Below, piece after piece: positions 48,652 to 58,588 of a DNA stretch of 64,000 nt. Origin of the DNA: Longimicrobiales bacterium (GTDB lineage Bacteria; Gemmatimonadota; Gemmatimonadetes; Longimicrobiales; Gaopeijiaceae); NCBI GenBank assembly GCA_965218295.1, contig CBDCKN010000012.1, positions 160,001 through 224,000 of the forward strand, written 5' to 3'. The position numbers and the translations under genes were made by a program. The notes below the pieces were generated by a model. It saw only the letters and a program-made list of their open reading frames with translations. It was not told the origin of the DNA and made no database searches. Positions within the stretch are counted from its first letter, which is position 1; every line of letters begins with the position of its first letter.

Positions 48652-50367
48652 CTACTCTAACCCCTGTAGATCTTCACGGATCTCTTCAGGAGAGATGCTG
48701 AGATTACGTGGCTCATTCTCGGGTAGGTTCCGTGAGTCGGCGCCTTCGGCTCCCGGTTGGCCGTCGTCTCCTCTCTCCCAGGACTCAGCCGGACGGGGAG
48801 TCCTAGCAGTGATTGCCGACGTAGAAAGCCCCCCCCTAGAGGTGTCCGCTCCAGCCAGATCCCTCAACTCACGCCCCAACGCGTTCAGGCTGGTAGCTAC
48901 ACGATCACTGTTGCCGCGCTGAGATCCGATCAGGCGTTCGCCCATGAGATCCAGGCTCTCTCGGAGAGTCGCTCGGATTCCTTCGACCATTTCTTGGCTC
49001 TGGTTCAGGGCCCTCCGGGACTGGTCAGCAAGCAACCGCATCGTCTCCCGGTACGTCGCTTGAAACTCGTCGAGAGACATCGTGACCCGTTGCTGACTCT
49101 TCGATTGTTCCTCTGTCAGGCGGGCGACCGAAGTCAGTGTTTCGCGCAGACCATCTCGAAGTGCCTCAGCAGTCTCTCTTCCCATCTTCTCTATGGCTTG
49201 ATCGGCCTGCTCCCAGGTGCCACTCGCGGCCTCAAACGAGCTATTGAGACGCTTCAGCACGTCTTGGAGCTCTGCTAACAGAGCGCGCTCACCGGAGACC
49301 GCCTCTCCGAGAGCCTTTGCTGCTGCTTCTTGCCGCTCAAGAACGGGGCGAACTGCCCGCGTGTGCTCGGTTAGCGTATGTGCGAGAGACTGCTGCTCAG
49401 AGCGAATCGTTTCCTCTAGTGCATGCTGGACACGGGGAAGGAGTTGGCCCGACGCCCGAACCCCTTCTTGGAGCTCCTCGGTTGTCGCCTTCACCGTTTC
49501 CACGTACTGGGCCAAGCTGAGGCTGTCTTCGCTCCTCTCTCCGATGATCTCCAACATGGCGTCTCGGAGAGAGCCCACTTGGTTGAGCAGCTCCGTGCTT
49601 TGGTCGCGGAACTGATTCCCAAGTGCCTCAAATCCGACGCGAACATCCGTTAGAGTCTGATCGAGGCCCTCTTTCAGGATTTCCCGGGTTGCTTCAAGCT
49701 CCTTCACTGCATCGCCCATGCGGGACTCCTCTGTTGTCTTGAATAAAGGAGCCCACTGGGTTGATGATAGTTCCTCCAATTTACGGATTGCCCGGCTCTG
49801 CTGATGTCGAAGTATGGCCAAGACGGACCCCACCAATACGGATCCTCCGACGCCGGCTAAAGTGGTCGAGAAAGCCACTTCCATCCTACCTAGAGTGGCG
49901 AGAATAGCATCCACCATTTCCTGCGTTCCCATTCCGCCCCTTAGCAGGGTCGTCGACAACTCCGACACCGCTAGACTTAGCCCGACCAGGGTGCCGGCGA
50001 GTCCAAGAAGGACAAGGATCGAAGTCCCCCAGCGCGCGATAGGTGCCGCATCTCGGAAGGTCTCTGCAGAGATAGCGGCGAGCATCTCCGTATCCACTGG
50101 CTCCCCACTAAGCTGAAGTCTCTTGAGGAGAACCAGACGGTGTTGAACGAGGCCATTGGGTTTGGCCTTTTCGGCAAGGGTCAGCAGCGCCTCGGAGTGG
50201 TCCTGCTGCCCCTTTTGTTCTAGGTCTTCGAGATCCTTCAGAGTGGTCCGAACATCGTTCACTAACGTATGGACGACCTGCGCAATACCTACCGCGGCGA
50301 TGGCTGCGATCACGAGGTTGAGGAAGACGCCGACGGGTTGATCCGGTGGAAGAAAGAACTCAATCAT
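48652..50367 (-). CDS. zorA: ZorA-like protein (MotA/TolQ/ExbB membrane domain + long helical cytoplasmic tail)
   Basis: N-terminal TM; MotA-type TMs LLGLAGTLVGL and MEVAFSTTLAG; about 330-aa helical/coiled-coil tail; 2 nt upstream of the ZorB-like gene. Confidence 0.82.
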   Translation of the reverse strand: MIEFFLPPDQPVGVFLNLVIAAIAAVGIAQVVHTLVNDVRTTLKDLEDLEQKGQQDHSEALLTLAEKAKPNGLVQHRLVLLKRLQLSGEPVDTEMLAAISAETFRDAAPIARWGTSILVLLGLAGTLVGLSLAVSELSTTLLRGGMGTQEMVDAILATLGRMEVAFSTTLAGVGGSVLVGSVLAILRHQQSRAIRKLEELSSTQWAPLFKTTEESRMGDAVKELEATREILKEGLDQTLTDVRVGFEALGNQFRDQSTELLNQVGSLRDAMLEIIGERSEDSLSLAQYVETVKATTEELQEGVRASGQLLPRVQHALEETIRSEQQSLAHTLTEHTRAVRPVLERQEAAAKALGEAVSGERALLAELQDVLKRLNSSFEAASGTWEQADQAIEKMGRETAEALRDGLRETLTSVARLTEEQSKSQQRVTMSLDEFQATYRETMRLLADQSRRALNQSQEMVEGIRATLRESLDLMGERLIGSQRGNSDRVATSLNALGRELRDLAGADTSRGGLSTSAITARTPRPAESWERGDDGQPGAEGADSRNLPENEPRNLSISPEEIREDLQGLE

Positions 50368-50591
50368 TGGAGCTGCACGTCGCGGGGGCGCGGATTGAAA
50401 CGATAGTGTGTTCGGCCACCTTGCCTCCTATCAGAACCGTCGAGATTGCTGCTCGTCGTAGAGTTGGTAACAGCTCACCCCACCCGTGGCGATGTGCCGA
50501 TGGCTGTCTTGCACTCTCAGGAACAAAAACCTGAGGTTCGCCGCCCGGCGCGGAAACGGTTGGGCACGAAGCGCAGCAGACAGCGTACTGT

Positions 50592-50933
50592 CTACACAGC
50601 CCCCAACCTCTGTTTGATCTTGCCCGTGACCAGTCTGACCTGGGCCGCCGACACCCGCCCCAGCTTCGAGGCGTCAGACGCGTCGATCGTCGCTATCTTG
50701 GCGCTGCGGATGACGGAGGGGACGGGCAGGCCCGCCAGCTTCAGGTTGGTGACTGGCACGTCGTCGGGCCAGCCTCGGTTCTCGGCGCTGGTAATCATGA
50801 CGACCCACAAGAGTCCGTACAGATCCTGGAGTTGAGCCGTCGATACGACCACGGCTGGTCGCGACTGCCGCGTCGCGCGGTCCGTGTACGGGAACGGCAC
50901 CTTGATCACGTCACCGCGCTCAAAGGTCCGCAT
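50592..50933 (-). CDS. PemK/MazF family toxin
   Basis: FERGDVIKVPFPYTD...RPAVVVS...MITS. Confidence 0.9.
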   Translation of the reverse strand: MRTFERGDVIKVPFPYTDRATRQSRPAVVVSTAQLQDLYGLLWVVMITSAENRGWPDDVPVTNLKLAGLPVPSVIRSAKIATIDASDASKLGRVSAAQVRLVTGKIKQRLGAV

Positions 50934-51138
50934 AGGCCGTGGTATCCGCTTCTGATCGCCATTCCTCGAAGGTGTGGAACGGGTCGTCTGTTGTGGTGCC
51001 TCGCCGCGCCTTGGTGAGAAAGACTCGCCCATCGACGATCTCGTACAAAAGCTCGTCGCCCGGCTGCAGTCCGAGCGCCGCGCGGATCGGCCGCGGGATG
51101 GTGGTCTGGGCCTTGGAAGTCAGCTTGCTGACGATCAT
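50920..51138 (-). CDS. AbrB/MazE-type antitoxin
   Basis: SKLTSKAQTTIPRPIRAALGLQPGDEL; overlaps toxin start; GAGGTG RBS. Confidence 0.88.
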   Translation of the reverse strand: MIVSKLTSKAQTTIPRPIRAALGLQPGDELLYEIVDGRVFLTKARRGTTTDDPFHTFEEWRSEADTTAYADL

Positions 51139-51714
51139 GACACTCACCTCGGGTTGGTTGGCATGCGTGCTATTGTAAGGAATGTCCTTACTTCTGTCAC
51201 CCTGACCTGTGTGCGCCGGGAGGCTGTTGCCCAGCGTACGCTCACCCTCATATAGTTGGCTGTCTTGCATTTACGGCCCTGCCGCAGTAGCGGACAGGCC
51301 GCCCCGACGGTCTCGGAGCTAGACGGGAGTCGTCTTTGGAATGTCTCGACCGGCATCTCAGAGGGTAGCCATTGTGCGCGCCCATCGCACCCTCCGCAGA
51401 GATCACTCGCGTCGAACGACCCCTTGCAGGAAGCCAAGTCATAGCGATGAGGATGCCAGCGCTGCCGATGCTGGTGGGCGTCGTCGCGGCGGCGGCTGAT
51501 GGAAGACTGCACGGCATGCCTCGGTGGGGAGCCCGCCGGGGGCATCCTTGATCCACCAACCGGCGATTCGCACTGACCTCATCCGCCCGTTCTCATCGCC
51601 GTCAAGCGTGAAGATATGAAGGCCCTTCGGGTTGTTCTCGCGGATCGTGTCTGCGACGATTGAGACGGGATCGTTGCTATGTCCACAGCCTGACATCCTC
51701 GGAGGACCCACACA

Positions 51715-53931
51715 TTGTCGAGATTCAATCCTCATCACCTAGTCGAGCCGATCTACAACGCAGCTGCCCGATGGCGGGAGAGATGCTTGGAGACCGACGA
51801 ATCTGCACTCTCGGATAGCAAGAATCTTTGGACACCGGATCTGCTAGACGAACTCGACCGCTGGTTCGGACAGCACCGCGATGAGGGTGAAGGAAATTTT
51901 TTAGAAAAGCTCGAATCTCAGCTAACACGGGGATCGCCAGCCTGTCGGCAGCTGATGGCCGAGCACCTATGGATCCTGATGCTGTTCCAGACGAATGTCG
52001 GTGCGGCCAAGAAGCGCGACAACGTCCGTCAGGTCTGGTCGTGGTCCGGAGAGGAACTGGCAGAAGACCATTCACTCCTGAGCGACGGCGTTCTAGGGGG
52101 CATCGGATCCGCGGGAGCGGCCTTCAATATGCAGCGCTGGCTCGAGCTCATCATGCTAATTGCCGCTGTTCGCGATTTTAAGAGGCGTGGGGCTGATGAA
52201 CGCGCCGGGATTGTTGGTGATCCGTGGTCGTTCACCAAGTGGGTCAATGCGATACCTGAAGCCCGCAACCGCCAGTTCCGCCACATTCTACCTCATCTTC
52301 TGTATCCGGACACCTTCGAAAGGATCAGTTCGGGAAGAGACAAGTGCCTGATCGTGGCGGCCTACGGTGACAAGTCGGAGAAAGAGGTCAAGAAGTTCGA
52401 CCTGATCGATATGGACCGGGCACTTCTCGATCTCCGCAGACGGTGTGAGCGGAAACAAGGCACTGACATCGACTTCTACGAAGACGAGTTCGTTCGCGTA
52501 TGGCGCAATCAGACCAACAACTGGCTGCTTAGCTGGAACCCCACAAAGTGGACCTGGACATCTCTAGCCGAAGATCGCGCATCGACGCTTGTAGGAGAAA
52601 GGGTTTCAAACTGTTGGCGATGTGGTTCAACGAAACCACGCGAGGGTGATCGCGTTTACCTCATGCGAACGGGTGTAGCGCCGAAGGGTATCGTCGCGGT
52701 TGGTACGGTGACACGTGCACCATACGAGGCGCCTCACTGGGATAACGAGCGTGCGGATGCGGGCGATACCGGACGCTTCATCGATGTTGATTTCGACGCG
52801 ATTCGGGATGCCGACCAAGAGAGCATTGTTCTAGTGGACGAGCTCGAGCGCCAAGAACCCCAACAGCAATGGAATCCGCAGTCCTCAGGCATCGAGATCA
52901 AGAGGGAGTCGGTACGGACGCTTGCGCGCTTATGGAAAGCACTTCCGTCAATCAGTACCTCGGTCAAGCCGGCGCAGGTCACCCCGCTCAACATCATCCT
53001 CTACGGACCACCAGGGACCGGAAAGACTTTCCGCCTGATTACCGAATACCTGCCCCGATACAAGGATGCCGGCGAGGACCGGTTCGTGTTTGTCACCTTC
53101 CATCAGAGCTACGCATACGAGGACTTCGTCGAGGGCATTCGCCCGAAGACCCGGAACGGCACTGTAATCTACGAGGTGCGACCGGGTGCGCTGCGACGAA
53201 TCTGTGACCGGGCAAGGAAAGCCCCTGACAAGCGGTTCGCCCTGTTTATCGATGAGATCAACCGTGGCAACGTGCCGAAGATCTTCGGGGAGCTGATTTC
53301 ACTCGTCGAGATTGACAAGCGAATCCGGACCGACGCCTTAGGGAAAAGGATGCCAGGCTGCAAGGGACTCGAAGTGACGCTTCCCTATTCCGGAGAGCGC
53401 TTCGGCGTGCCGACGAACGTTGACGTTATTGGCACAATGAACACCGCCGACCGATCGATAGCGCTGCTCGATTCCGCCCTGCGCCGCCGCTTCCGGTTCC
53501 AGGAACTGACACCGCAGCCCCGGCTCTTGAAGACCATCACCGATGGCGCGGGGAGTCCGATAGATCTGCAGCAGCTGCTCGAGACCATCAACGATCGACT
53601 CACCCATCTGCTGCACCGCGATCAGACCATCGGCCACAGCTACTTTTACGAGGTGAAGACGTTCGACGATCTACAGCGTGTTTTCGCTCGCGAGATCCTT
53701 CCGCTGCTCCAAGAGGCCTTCTACGACGACTGGAGGCAGATCCGCCTTGTCCTGGCGGATCAAGCAGTCAGTGAGGAATTCCAACTCGTGCGCGCACGCG
53801 TGCAATCTGCGAAGCAGCTGTTTCCAAACGCTGACATGGCCGAGACCTTGGACGGCGAGGCCTATGAGATTGTTCGCGAGGACGAGATCACGCCTGACGC
53901 CATCCGCAAGATCTACGAGACAGCGGAGTGA
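51715..53931 (+). CDS. mcrB: McrB-family AAA+ GTPase with internal EVE/PUA-like domain
   Basis: ILYGPPGTGKT, VTFHQSYAYEDFVEG, IDEINRGN, MNTADRS, ALRRRF, IGHSYF; central WLLSWNP...GDRVYL...GIVAVGTV. Confidence 0.9.
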   Translation: MSRFNPHHLVEPIYNAAARWRERCLETDESALSDSKNLWTPDLLDELDRWFGQHRDEGEGNFLEKLESQLTRGSPACRQLMAEHLWILMLFQTNVGAAKKRDNVRQVWSWSGEELAEDHSLLSDGVLGGIGSAGAAFNMQRWLELIMLIAAVRDFKRRGADERAGIVGDPWSFTKWVNAIPEARNRQFRHILPHLLYPDTFERISSGRDKCLIVAAYGDKSEKEVKKFDLIDMDRALLDLRRRCERKQGTDIDFYEDEFVRVWRNQTNNWLLSWNPTKWTWTSLAEDRASTLVGERVSNCWRCGSTKPREGDRVYLMRTGVAPKGIVAVGTVTRAPYEAPHWDNERADAGDTGRFIDVDFDAIRDADQESIVLVDELERQEPQQQWNPQSSGIEIKRESVRTLARLWKALPSISTSVKPAQVTPLNIILYGPPGTGKTFRLITEYLPRYKDAGEDRFVFVTFHQSYAYEDFVEGIRPKTRNGTVIYEVRPGALRRICDRARKAPDKRFALFIDEINRGNVPKIFGELISLVEIDKRIRTDALGKRMPGCKGLEVTLPYSGERFGVPTNVDVIGTMNTADRSIALLDSALRRRFRFQELTPQPRLLKTITDGAGSPIDLQQLLETINDRLTHLLHRDQTIGHSYFYEVKTFDDLQRVFAREILPLLQEAFYDDWRQIRLVLADQAVSEEFQLVRARVQSAKQLFPNADMAETLDGEAYEIVREDEITPDAIRKIYETAE

Positions 53932-55178
53932 AATACCTGAGCCTACGTGAGAGGGATGTCATCCGCGTGGGCTCTGATGGCCAACTCTCGCAGCGCGAAG
54001 CTGATAGCATTGCGAAACTTGCCACTTTCCTGCCGAAGGGATCACTGGGCTGGGAGCACCGCGCGCTCCGTTTTGGCCCGTTCTGCGGTGTGCTTAGGAC
54101 GCGCGAAGTGTCGATCGAGTTGTTGCCCAAAATCGACCGTGGCCTCGAAACCACGACCGACAAGCGGGGACTGCTCGTTGCAATGTTGGCTGCCGCAGGC
54201 AAACTCCGCCTCGCGAAGGTCGGCCAGGCCGGACTAGCGCGGCAGACCATCCACCTTCTGGATATCTTCATTCAGGATTTCTGCGCCCGCGTGAAGGCGG
54301 CACTACGCGTAGGTGTCATCGCTCTCTACACCGAGAGGAGCGAGAACCTGAAAGCTATCCGGGGCAAGCTTCAGCTGACGAAGCATCTGCGTCGAAACGC
54401 TTTCGATCGGTCGCAGCTGCTTTGCCGGTTCGACGAGCACACCATCGACAATCCATTCAACCGGGCCCTGAAAGGCGTATTGCGTCTCTTGCTCGGTCAC
54501 TCGCTGGACCCGCAGACGAAATCCAGGGTAACGTCGTTGCTCCATAGGCTGGATGAGGTCGCGGATAGACCCGTGCAGATAGCCGACCTGAATGCACTCA
54601 GTTTCGACCGAACCAACAATCACTGGCGCGACGTCTTCAGCCAGGCAAGGTTTCTCTTGGCCGGACTATTCCCTGATGTGCGGATCGGTGACGCATGGGG
54701 TTCGGCCCTGCTCTTCAACATGGAGCGCCTCTTCGAAGAGGTCCTCGGGCGACGGATCATGCGGGAATCTCGCAAGTTAGTTGGCCGTCAGCTGCATGTA
54801 GATCTTCAGAAGCCGCAGCGGCACCTCTCGACCACAGACTTTCGGCTTCGGCCCGACATTACGATCCAGGATGATGACCAAGTCGTGGCGATCCTTGACG
54901 CTAAGTGGAAGCAGCTGATCCCGAGCGAGCCGAACGCCGGCGTGTCGAGCGCGGATGCCTATCAGATGAACGCTTATGCCAGCCGGTATCGCTGTAAGCG
55001 GATCACCCTAATCTATCCGGCCTCTGCACGGTGCGCTCCAGGGCGTGTCCGGGAGTTTCGCTTCCAAACCTCGGGCCAACCGATCCTCGACGTCGTAGCA
55101 GTAGACATTCACGACCTTGCGTTCGGAAGCACTATGCCGGCCGGACTGGAGGGAGTGATACAGTCGGGACGGTCATAG
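53928..55178 (+). CDS. mcrC: McrC-family restriction endonuclease subunit
   Basis: IELLPKI, DNPFNRALK, FNMERLFE, LRPDI...ILDAKWK, DAYQMNAYA; GTGA overlap with mcrB. Confidence 0.9.
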   Translation: MKYLSLRERDVIRVGSDGQLSQREADSIAKLATFLPKGSLGWEHRALRFGPFCGVLRTREVSIELLPKIDRGLETTTDKRGLLVAMLAAAGKLRLAKVGQAGLARQTIHLLDIFIQDFCARVKAALRVGVIALYTERSENLKAIRGKLQLTKHLRRNAFDRSQLLCRFDEHTIDNPFNRALKGVLRLLLGHSLDPQTKSRVTSLLHRLDEVADRPVQIADLNALSFDRTNNHWRDVFSQARFLLAGLFPDVRIGDAWGSALLFNMERLFEEVLGRRIMRESRKLVGRQLHVDLQKPQRHLSTTDFRLRPDITIQDDDQVVAILDAKWKQLIPSEPNAGVSSADAYQMNAYASRYRCKRITLIYPASARCAPGRVREFRFQTSGQPILDVVAVDIHDLAFGSTMPAGLEGVIQSGRS

Positions 55179-55452
55179 AAGCAGAATCAGCAGGTCGATA
55201 GAGCCCGCGCGGAGGCATGAGAATCTTTCTGCCTCGAAATCATCCGCTCGGCGGCGGATATGATCTCCGCCAGCGGATCCCCGATCTGCGCTAGACACGG
55301 TAAGTTTTGTCAATGGTCATCGAAATGAGACACCTCGGGGCGGCGATCCGCCCGCAATCGCCGCCCATGTGATCACACCGACTACCATACTGCCACTGCG
55401 CGGGTGCGGTACGGATCGCCCGCGCCCCAGCGCTGAACGGAAGAGCCCGACA

Positions 55453-56415
55453 ATGAAAACCCACCATGGCCGCCGGATAATCGACCGTATCGTCTCCACT
55501 CGCTCGCGCCTTCGCTTCGTAGAGAGTCAAGCGGAACTCTTCGTGCGCCTCACCGCCATCAGACGTTCCTACGAGCGGTTCGACTCCGCAAATGACGAAC
55601 TGCTGCGCTACTATCCGATCGCACTAGCCGCCTGCCTCGAATCCTGGTTCCGGATGGCAATCTGCAAACTCGTTGATTCCGGAGAGCCCTATCTTGGCAA
55701 CGCCCGCCAAATCCTGCGGAGGGAGGCGTTCGACTATGACATCCTCGTGGGTCTCCATGGACAGACCATCACCATCGGCGAGGTCATCTCGCATCACCCC
55801 TCGATTAGTAGCTTAGGTCACATCATCGCCACCATGGATAGCCTCATGGGCGAGAATTTCCACGAGAGAGTTTCTGAGGTCCATGATCGCTGGAAGGTTG
55901 AGATCGAGAAACAACCGAATGTACCCATTGTCGCCGATATCGATGAGACCTTTCGTAACGTTGATAGGACGTTCGAGCTTCGCCACATCTTCTGCCACGA
56001 AACCGCAACGGCGATCGAGGTCGGATGCGACGAGATCGAAAGGTGCATCGACCATACCGCTACGTTTCTCAAAGCGTCGAACGAGTTGATTTCGCAGACT
56101 CTCTTTCCGGATGCGCCATTGACGCAGACGGATATGAACATCGCCTCTCACGAAGACTACGATAAGGAACGCGAAAGTCTGGACCTTCTGGTCGAGACCA
56201 TCGCCGCCGTACTGTCCTACGAGCGCAAGAAACGATTTGCCGCGGCCAACGAAGCGTGGGAGAGCTTCCTCGAAGCGAGCGTTGAAATCGACGGTCTCGA
56301 ATACGAAGGCGGTTCCATACGGCCCACGGTCGAAGCTCTTGCCGCCACCCAACTCGTCAGAGAGCGCAGGACCCAGCTTGAGCAGTTGCTCGGTCGCGTG
56401 GAGGTGTCCAGCTAA
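55453..56415 (+). CDS. HEPN-like domain fused to LprI/DUF1311-like C-terminal domain
   Basis: AACLESWFR and RHIFCHE (RxxxxH); C-terminal TQTDMN...ANEAW...EGGSIRP...RERRTQL. Confidence 0.7.
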   Translation: MKTHHGRRIIDRIVSTRSRLRFVESQAELFVRLTAIRRSYERFDSANDELLRYYPIALAACLESWFRMAICKLVDSGEPYLGNARQILRREAFDYDILVGLHGQTITIGEVISHHPSISSLGHIIATMDSLMGENFHERVSEVHDRWKVEIEKQPNVPIVADIDETFRNVDRTFELRHIFCHETATAIEVGCDEIERCIDHTATFLKASNELISQTLFPDAPLTQTDMNIASHEDYDKERESLDLLVETIAAVLSYERKKRFAAANEAWESFLEASVEIDGLEYEGGSIRPTVEALAATQLVRERRTQLEQLLGRVEVSS

Positions 56416-56989
56416 CAGCCCGTGGAAGAAACGGGTGTCCAGACCGTCGGGTGTGCGAAGGTGACCGGGCTTACGGCGACTTTCGACGGATAAACAGCCC
56501 TGGGTGTGTCCGCTGGACGACGGACCCAATTCCCAGAGGCCGTCAGAGCCAATTGCATAGCGCCGGACCAGCGTGGAGGTCCCCTCAAGCTTCAGTTTCA
56601 GCGGTGCCGAAGGTCGGAGATCGACAGTGGCACAGCCGACCCGCCCCGGCTCCTCGAACCAGTCAAGGCGGTTAGCCTGCGTGCACAACACGACCGCCCA
56701 AGGCTTCGAGCGTCGGTCGAAAAGTTGGTCTACTGCACGGGAGCCAGCCTACCCTTTGGGGCCACGCTTCGCGGGTCCCCGGCAGGGGCTGGCGGGGGGC
56801 TGTGCCCCCTTCGACCCCCGGGAGGCCCGCGCTCCGGCGGAGCTCGCCAGACCCATCACGGATCTGCCCCATCTCCCCGCGCAGAGCGCCGATGCATTCT
56901 TGCATTTGCTTATGCAAGGCGCGAAGGCTCATGAAGAGCAGGCAGGCGAGGGCGGCTCCCCCGCTTTTGAAGGCATCCGCCCGGCTCAG

Positions 56990-57230
56990 CGCTTGAGCCC
57001 GCGCCGAAAAAATCCCGCTCGACCGTGAACTCCCCGATCTTGGCGTGCAGGTCCCGGATCTTCGCCTCGTGCTCCAGAGCGGCCTTGCGGCCCGCGCCCC
57101 CGGCAAACACCTCCGGCAGCCCTTCGAGCAGCTGCCGCTTCCATGTGGTCACCTGGTTCGGATGAAGCTCGTGCCGCGCCGCGATCGCCTGCACGCTGTC
57201 CCGCTCGCGCAGCGCCCCGAGGGCGCTGGC
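56990..57230 (-). pseudogene. IS3-family OrfA remnant (C-terminal part)
   Basis: IAARHELHPNQVTTWKRQL...IRDLHAKIGEFTVERDFF. Confidence 0.8.
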
Positions 57231-57327
57231 GGCGTTCGCCATTCGATAATCGTAGCTGGCGAGTTCGATGCGCTAAGCCCCGGTCCTGAGAAATCCGGGC
57301 TAGGATGGCCGGCATGTCCCAGACTGA

Positions 57328-57549
57328 TCAGCTATCCGCGTCCAATTTCTTGTCGATTAGAGCACGGGCATCATCGAAGGTTTTGGGGCCGCCAGGGACA
57401 ATAGCACCCTTTGGGGTTCGAACCTCAAAGTAGACTTGAGGCCGGGGCATGCCACGATCGGAACGTATTTCCTGCGATCGTAAAACGACCCGGTAAATGC
57501 TCCATCCACGATGCGTTCCGGCGAACTCCACGGTTGTTCCTCTAGCCAT
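57328..57549 (-). CDS. Small hypothetical protein
   Basis: Lower-GC ORF MARGTTVEFAG... lying between IS remnants. Confidence 0.4.
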   Translation of the reverse strand: MARGTTVEFAGTHRGWSIYRVVLRSQEIRSDRGMPRPQVYFEVRTPKGAIVPGGPKTFDDARALIDKKLDADS

Positions 57550-57599
57550 TGGGGACAGTTCGCATATTTGACATGACTCTTTCCGCCTCTCTAGGGGGT

Positions 57600-57796
57600 T
57601 GCATGCCACGCGGGGTGCCGAAGCCGAAGCGACTGCGCATCACCAGGCCGAGGTTGAAGGCGGCCGCAACGCCTCCAGCGCCACTCGCGCCTTGAACTCC
57701 GGCGTGAACCGCCGTCTCTTCCTGGCCATCTCGGTGCCTCCTCTTCCGCTCTGGAATCCACCTTAACGACCTGTCCAAAAAACCGGGACCACCTCA
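57600..57796 (-). mobile_element. IS3 left end and OrfA N-terminus fused to a fragment of another transposase C-terminus
   Basis: TGAGGTGGTCCCGGTTTTTTGGACAG end at 57796; GAGGAGG RBS + MARKRRRFTPEFKARVALEALR from 57729; adjacent AAFNLGLVMRSRFGFGTPRG fragment. Confidence 0.7.
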
Positions 57797-57841
57797 GTTG
57801 TCAGGATGACTCGGCGGATCCGAGAGGCCGTGCTTACACGA

Positions 57842-58588
57842 TCAGCCGACATTGTCCACATTCGAGTGCATTTCACGGAGATTGTCGGATCGGATGAGGA
57901 CGTTTCCGTATTCGTAGCCAGTCGTATATTCGGCCAGAAAGCGGGACGAGAAATCCTCCCGCAGTCCGTGCAGAAGGGTTCGACCGAGTGCACCCGTGAT
58001 GGCATTGGTCCCTCGGCCAGCTGCCCGGTAGAAGCACGTCGCAGTTTTGATCATCGCACCGCTCGCACTCGCTTCCTTAACACCCTCGGTGAAGAAGTAA
58101 CGGTATTTCGTATGAGAGCCGCTCCAATGACTTGGGCCTGCGAAGAAGCCAAAGACCCGCCGTGCATGCGACATGCGGATCAGCTCCGAAATCACTCCGA
58201 CGAACCCGAGGTCTCGCCAGAGCGTTGCGACCTTTCCCTTCATCTCCGCTTCGTAGGGATGAATGGGATCAAGTGCGTGGACGATCCCATAGCCTGCAGA
58301 AATGATATACAAGTCAATCCGACCGGTTTTGAGGTGGCGTGTCAAATTCTCTCGAAAATCGAAATCCGATCTGTAAAGGCCACCATCGTACTGACGGAGA
58401 GCATTGCATGGCCGGACATCTTCCTCCACGCACTTGCTCATCTTGTTCCTGGCCGCTTGCAGGTCCTGCCAAGTTTCGGGGATGCGTCTCTCAGTCAGAG
58501 TCGGCGGCAAGGCTCGAAAGTCGGGGTACTTTGTCTTCCTTTTGCAGCAGGGGATGAAACACAACGTGTCGGCCATGGTTTCCATCAT
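57842..58588 (-). CDS. YaaA/DUF6884-like protein
   Basis: FIPCCKRK, ALRQYDGGLY, YIISAGYGIV...IHPYEAEM; ATGA overlap with upstream gene. Confidence 0.65.
   Translation of the reverse strand: MMETMADTLCFIPCCKRKTKYPDFRALPPTLTERRIPETWQDLQAARNKMSKCVEEDVRPCNALRQYDGGLYRSDFDFRENLTRHLKTGRIDLYIISAGYGIVHALDPIHPYEAEMKGKVATLWRDLGFVGVISELIRMSHARRVFGFFAGPSHWSGSHTKYRYFFTEGVKEASASGAMIKTATCFYRAAGRGTNAITGALGRTLLHGLREDFSSRFLAEYTTGYEYGNVLIRSDNLREMHSNVDNVG

Noticed and set aside
46402..50367. Flagellar MotAB or TolQR/ExbBD
   Set aside because: Long C-terminal helical tail on the A subunit, coupling to a helicase-nuclease, and absence of flagellar or TonB/Tol genes argue for Zorya-like.
56760..56850. GC-rich hairpin cluster as ncRNA or oriT
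   Set aside because: Single copy in the window, no recognisable family features; cannot be supported without searches.
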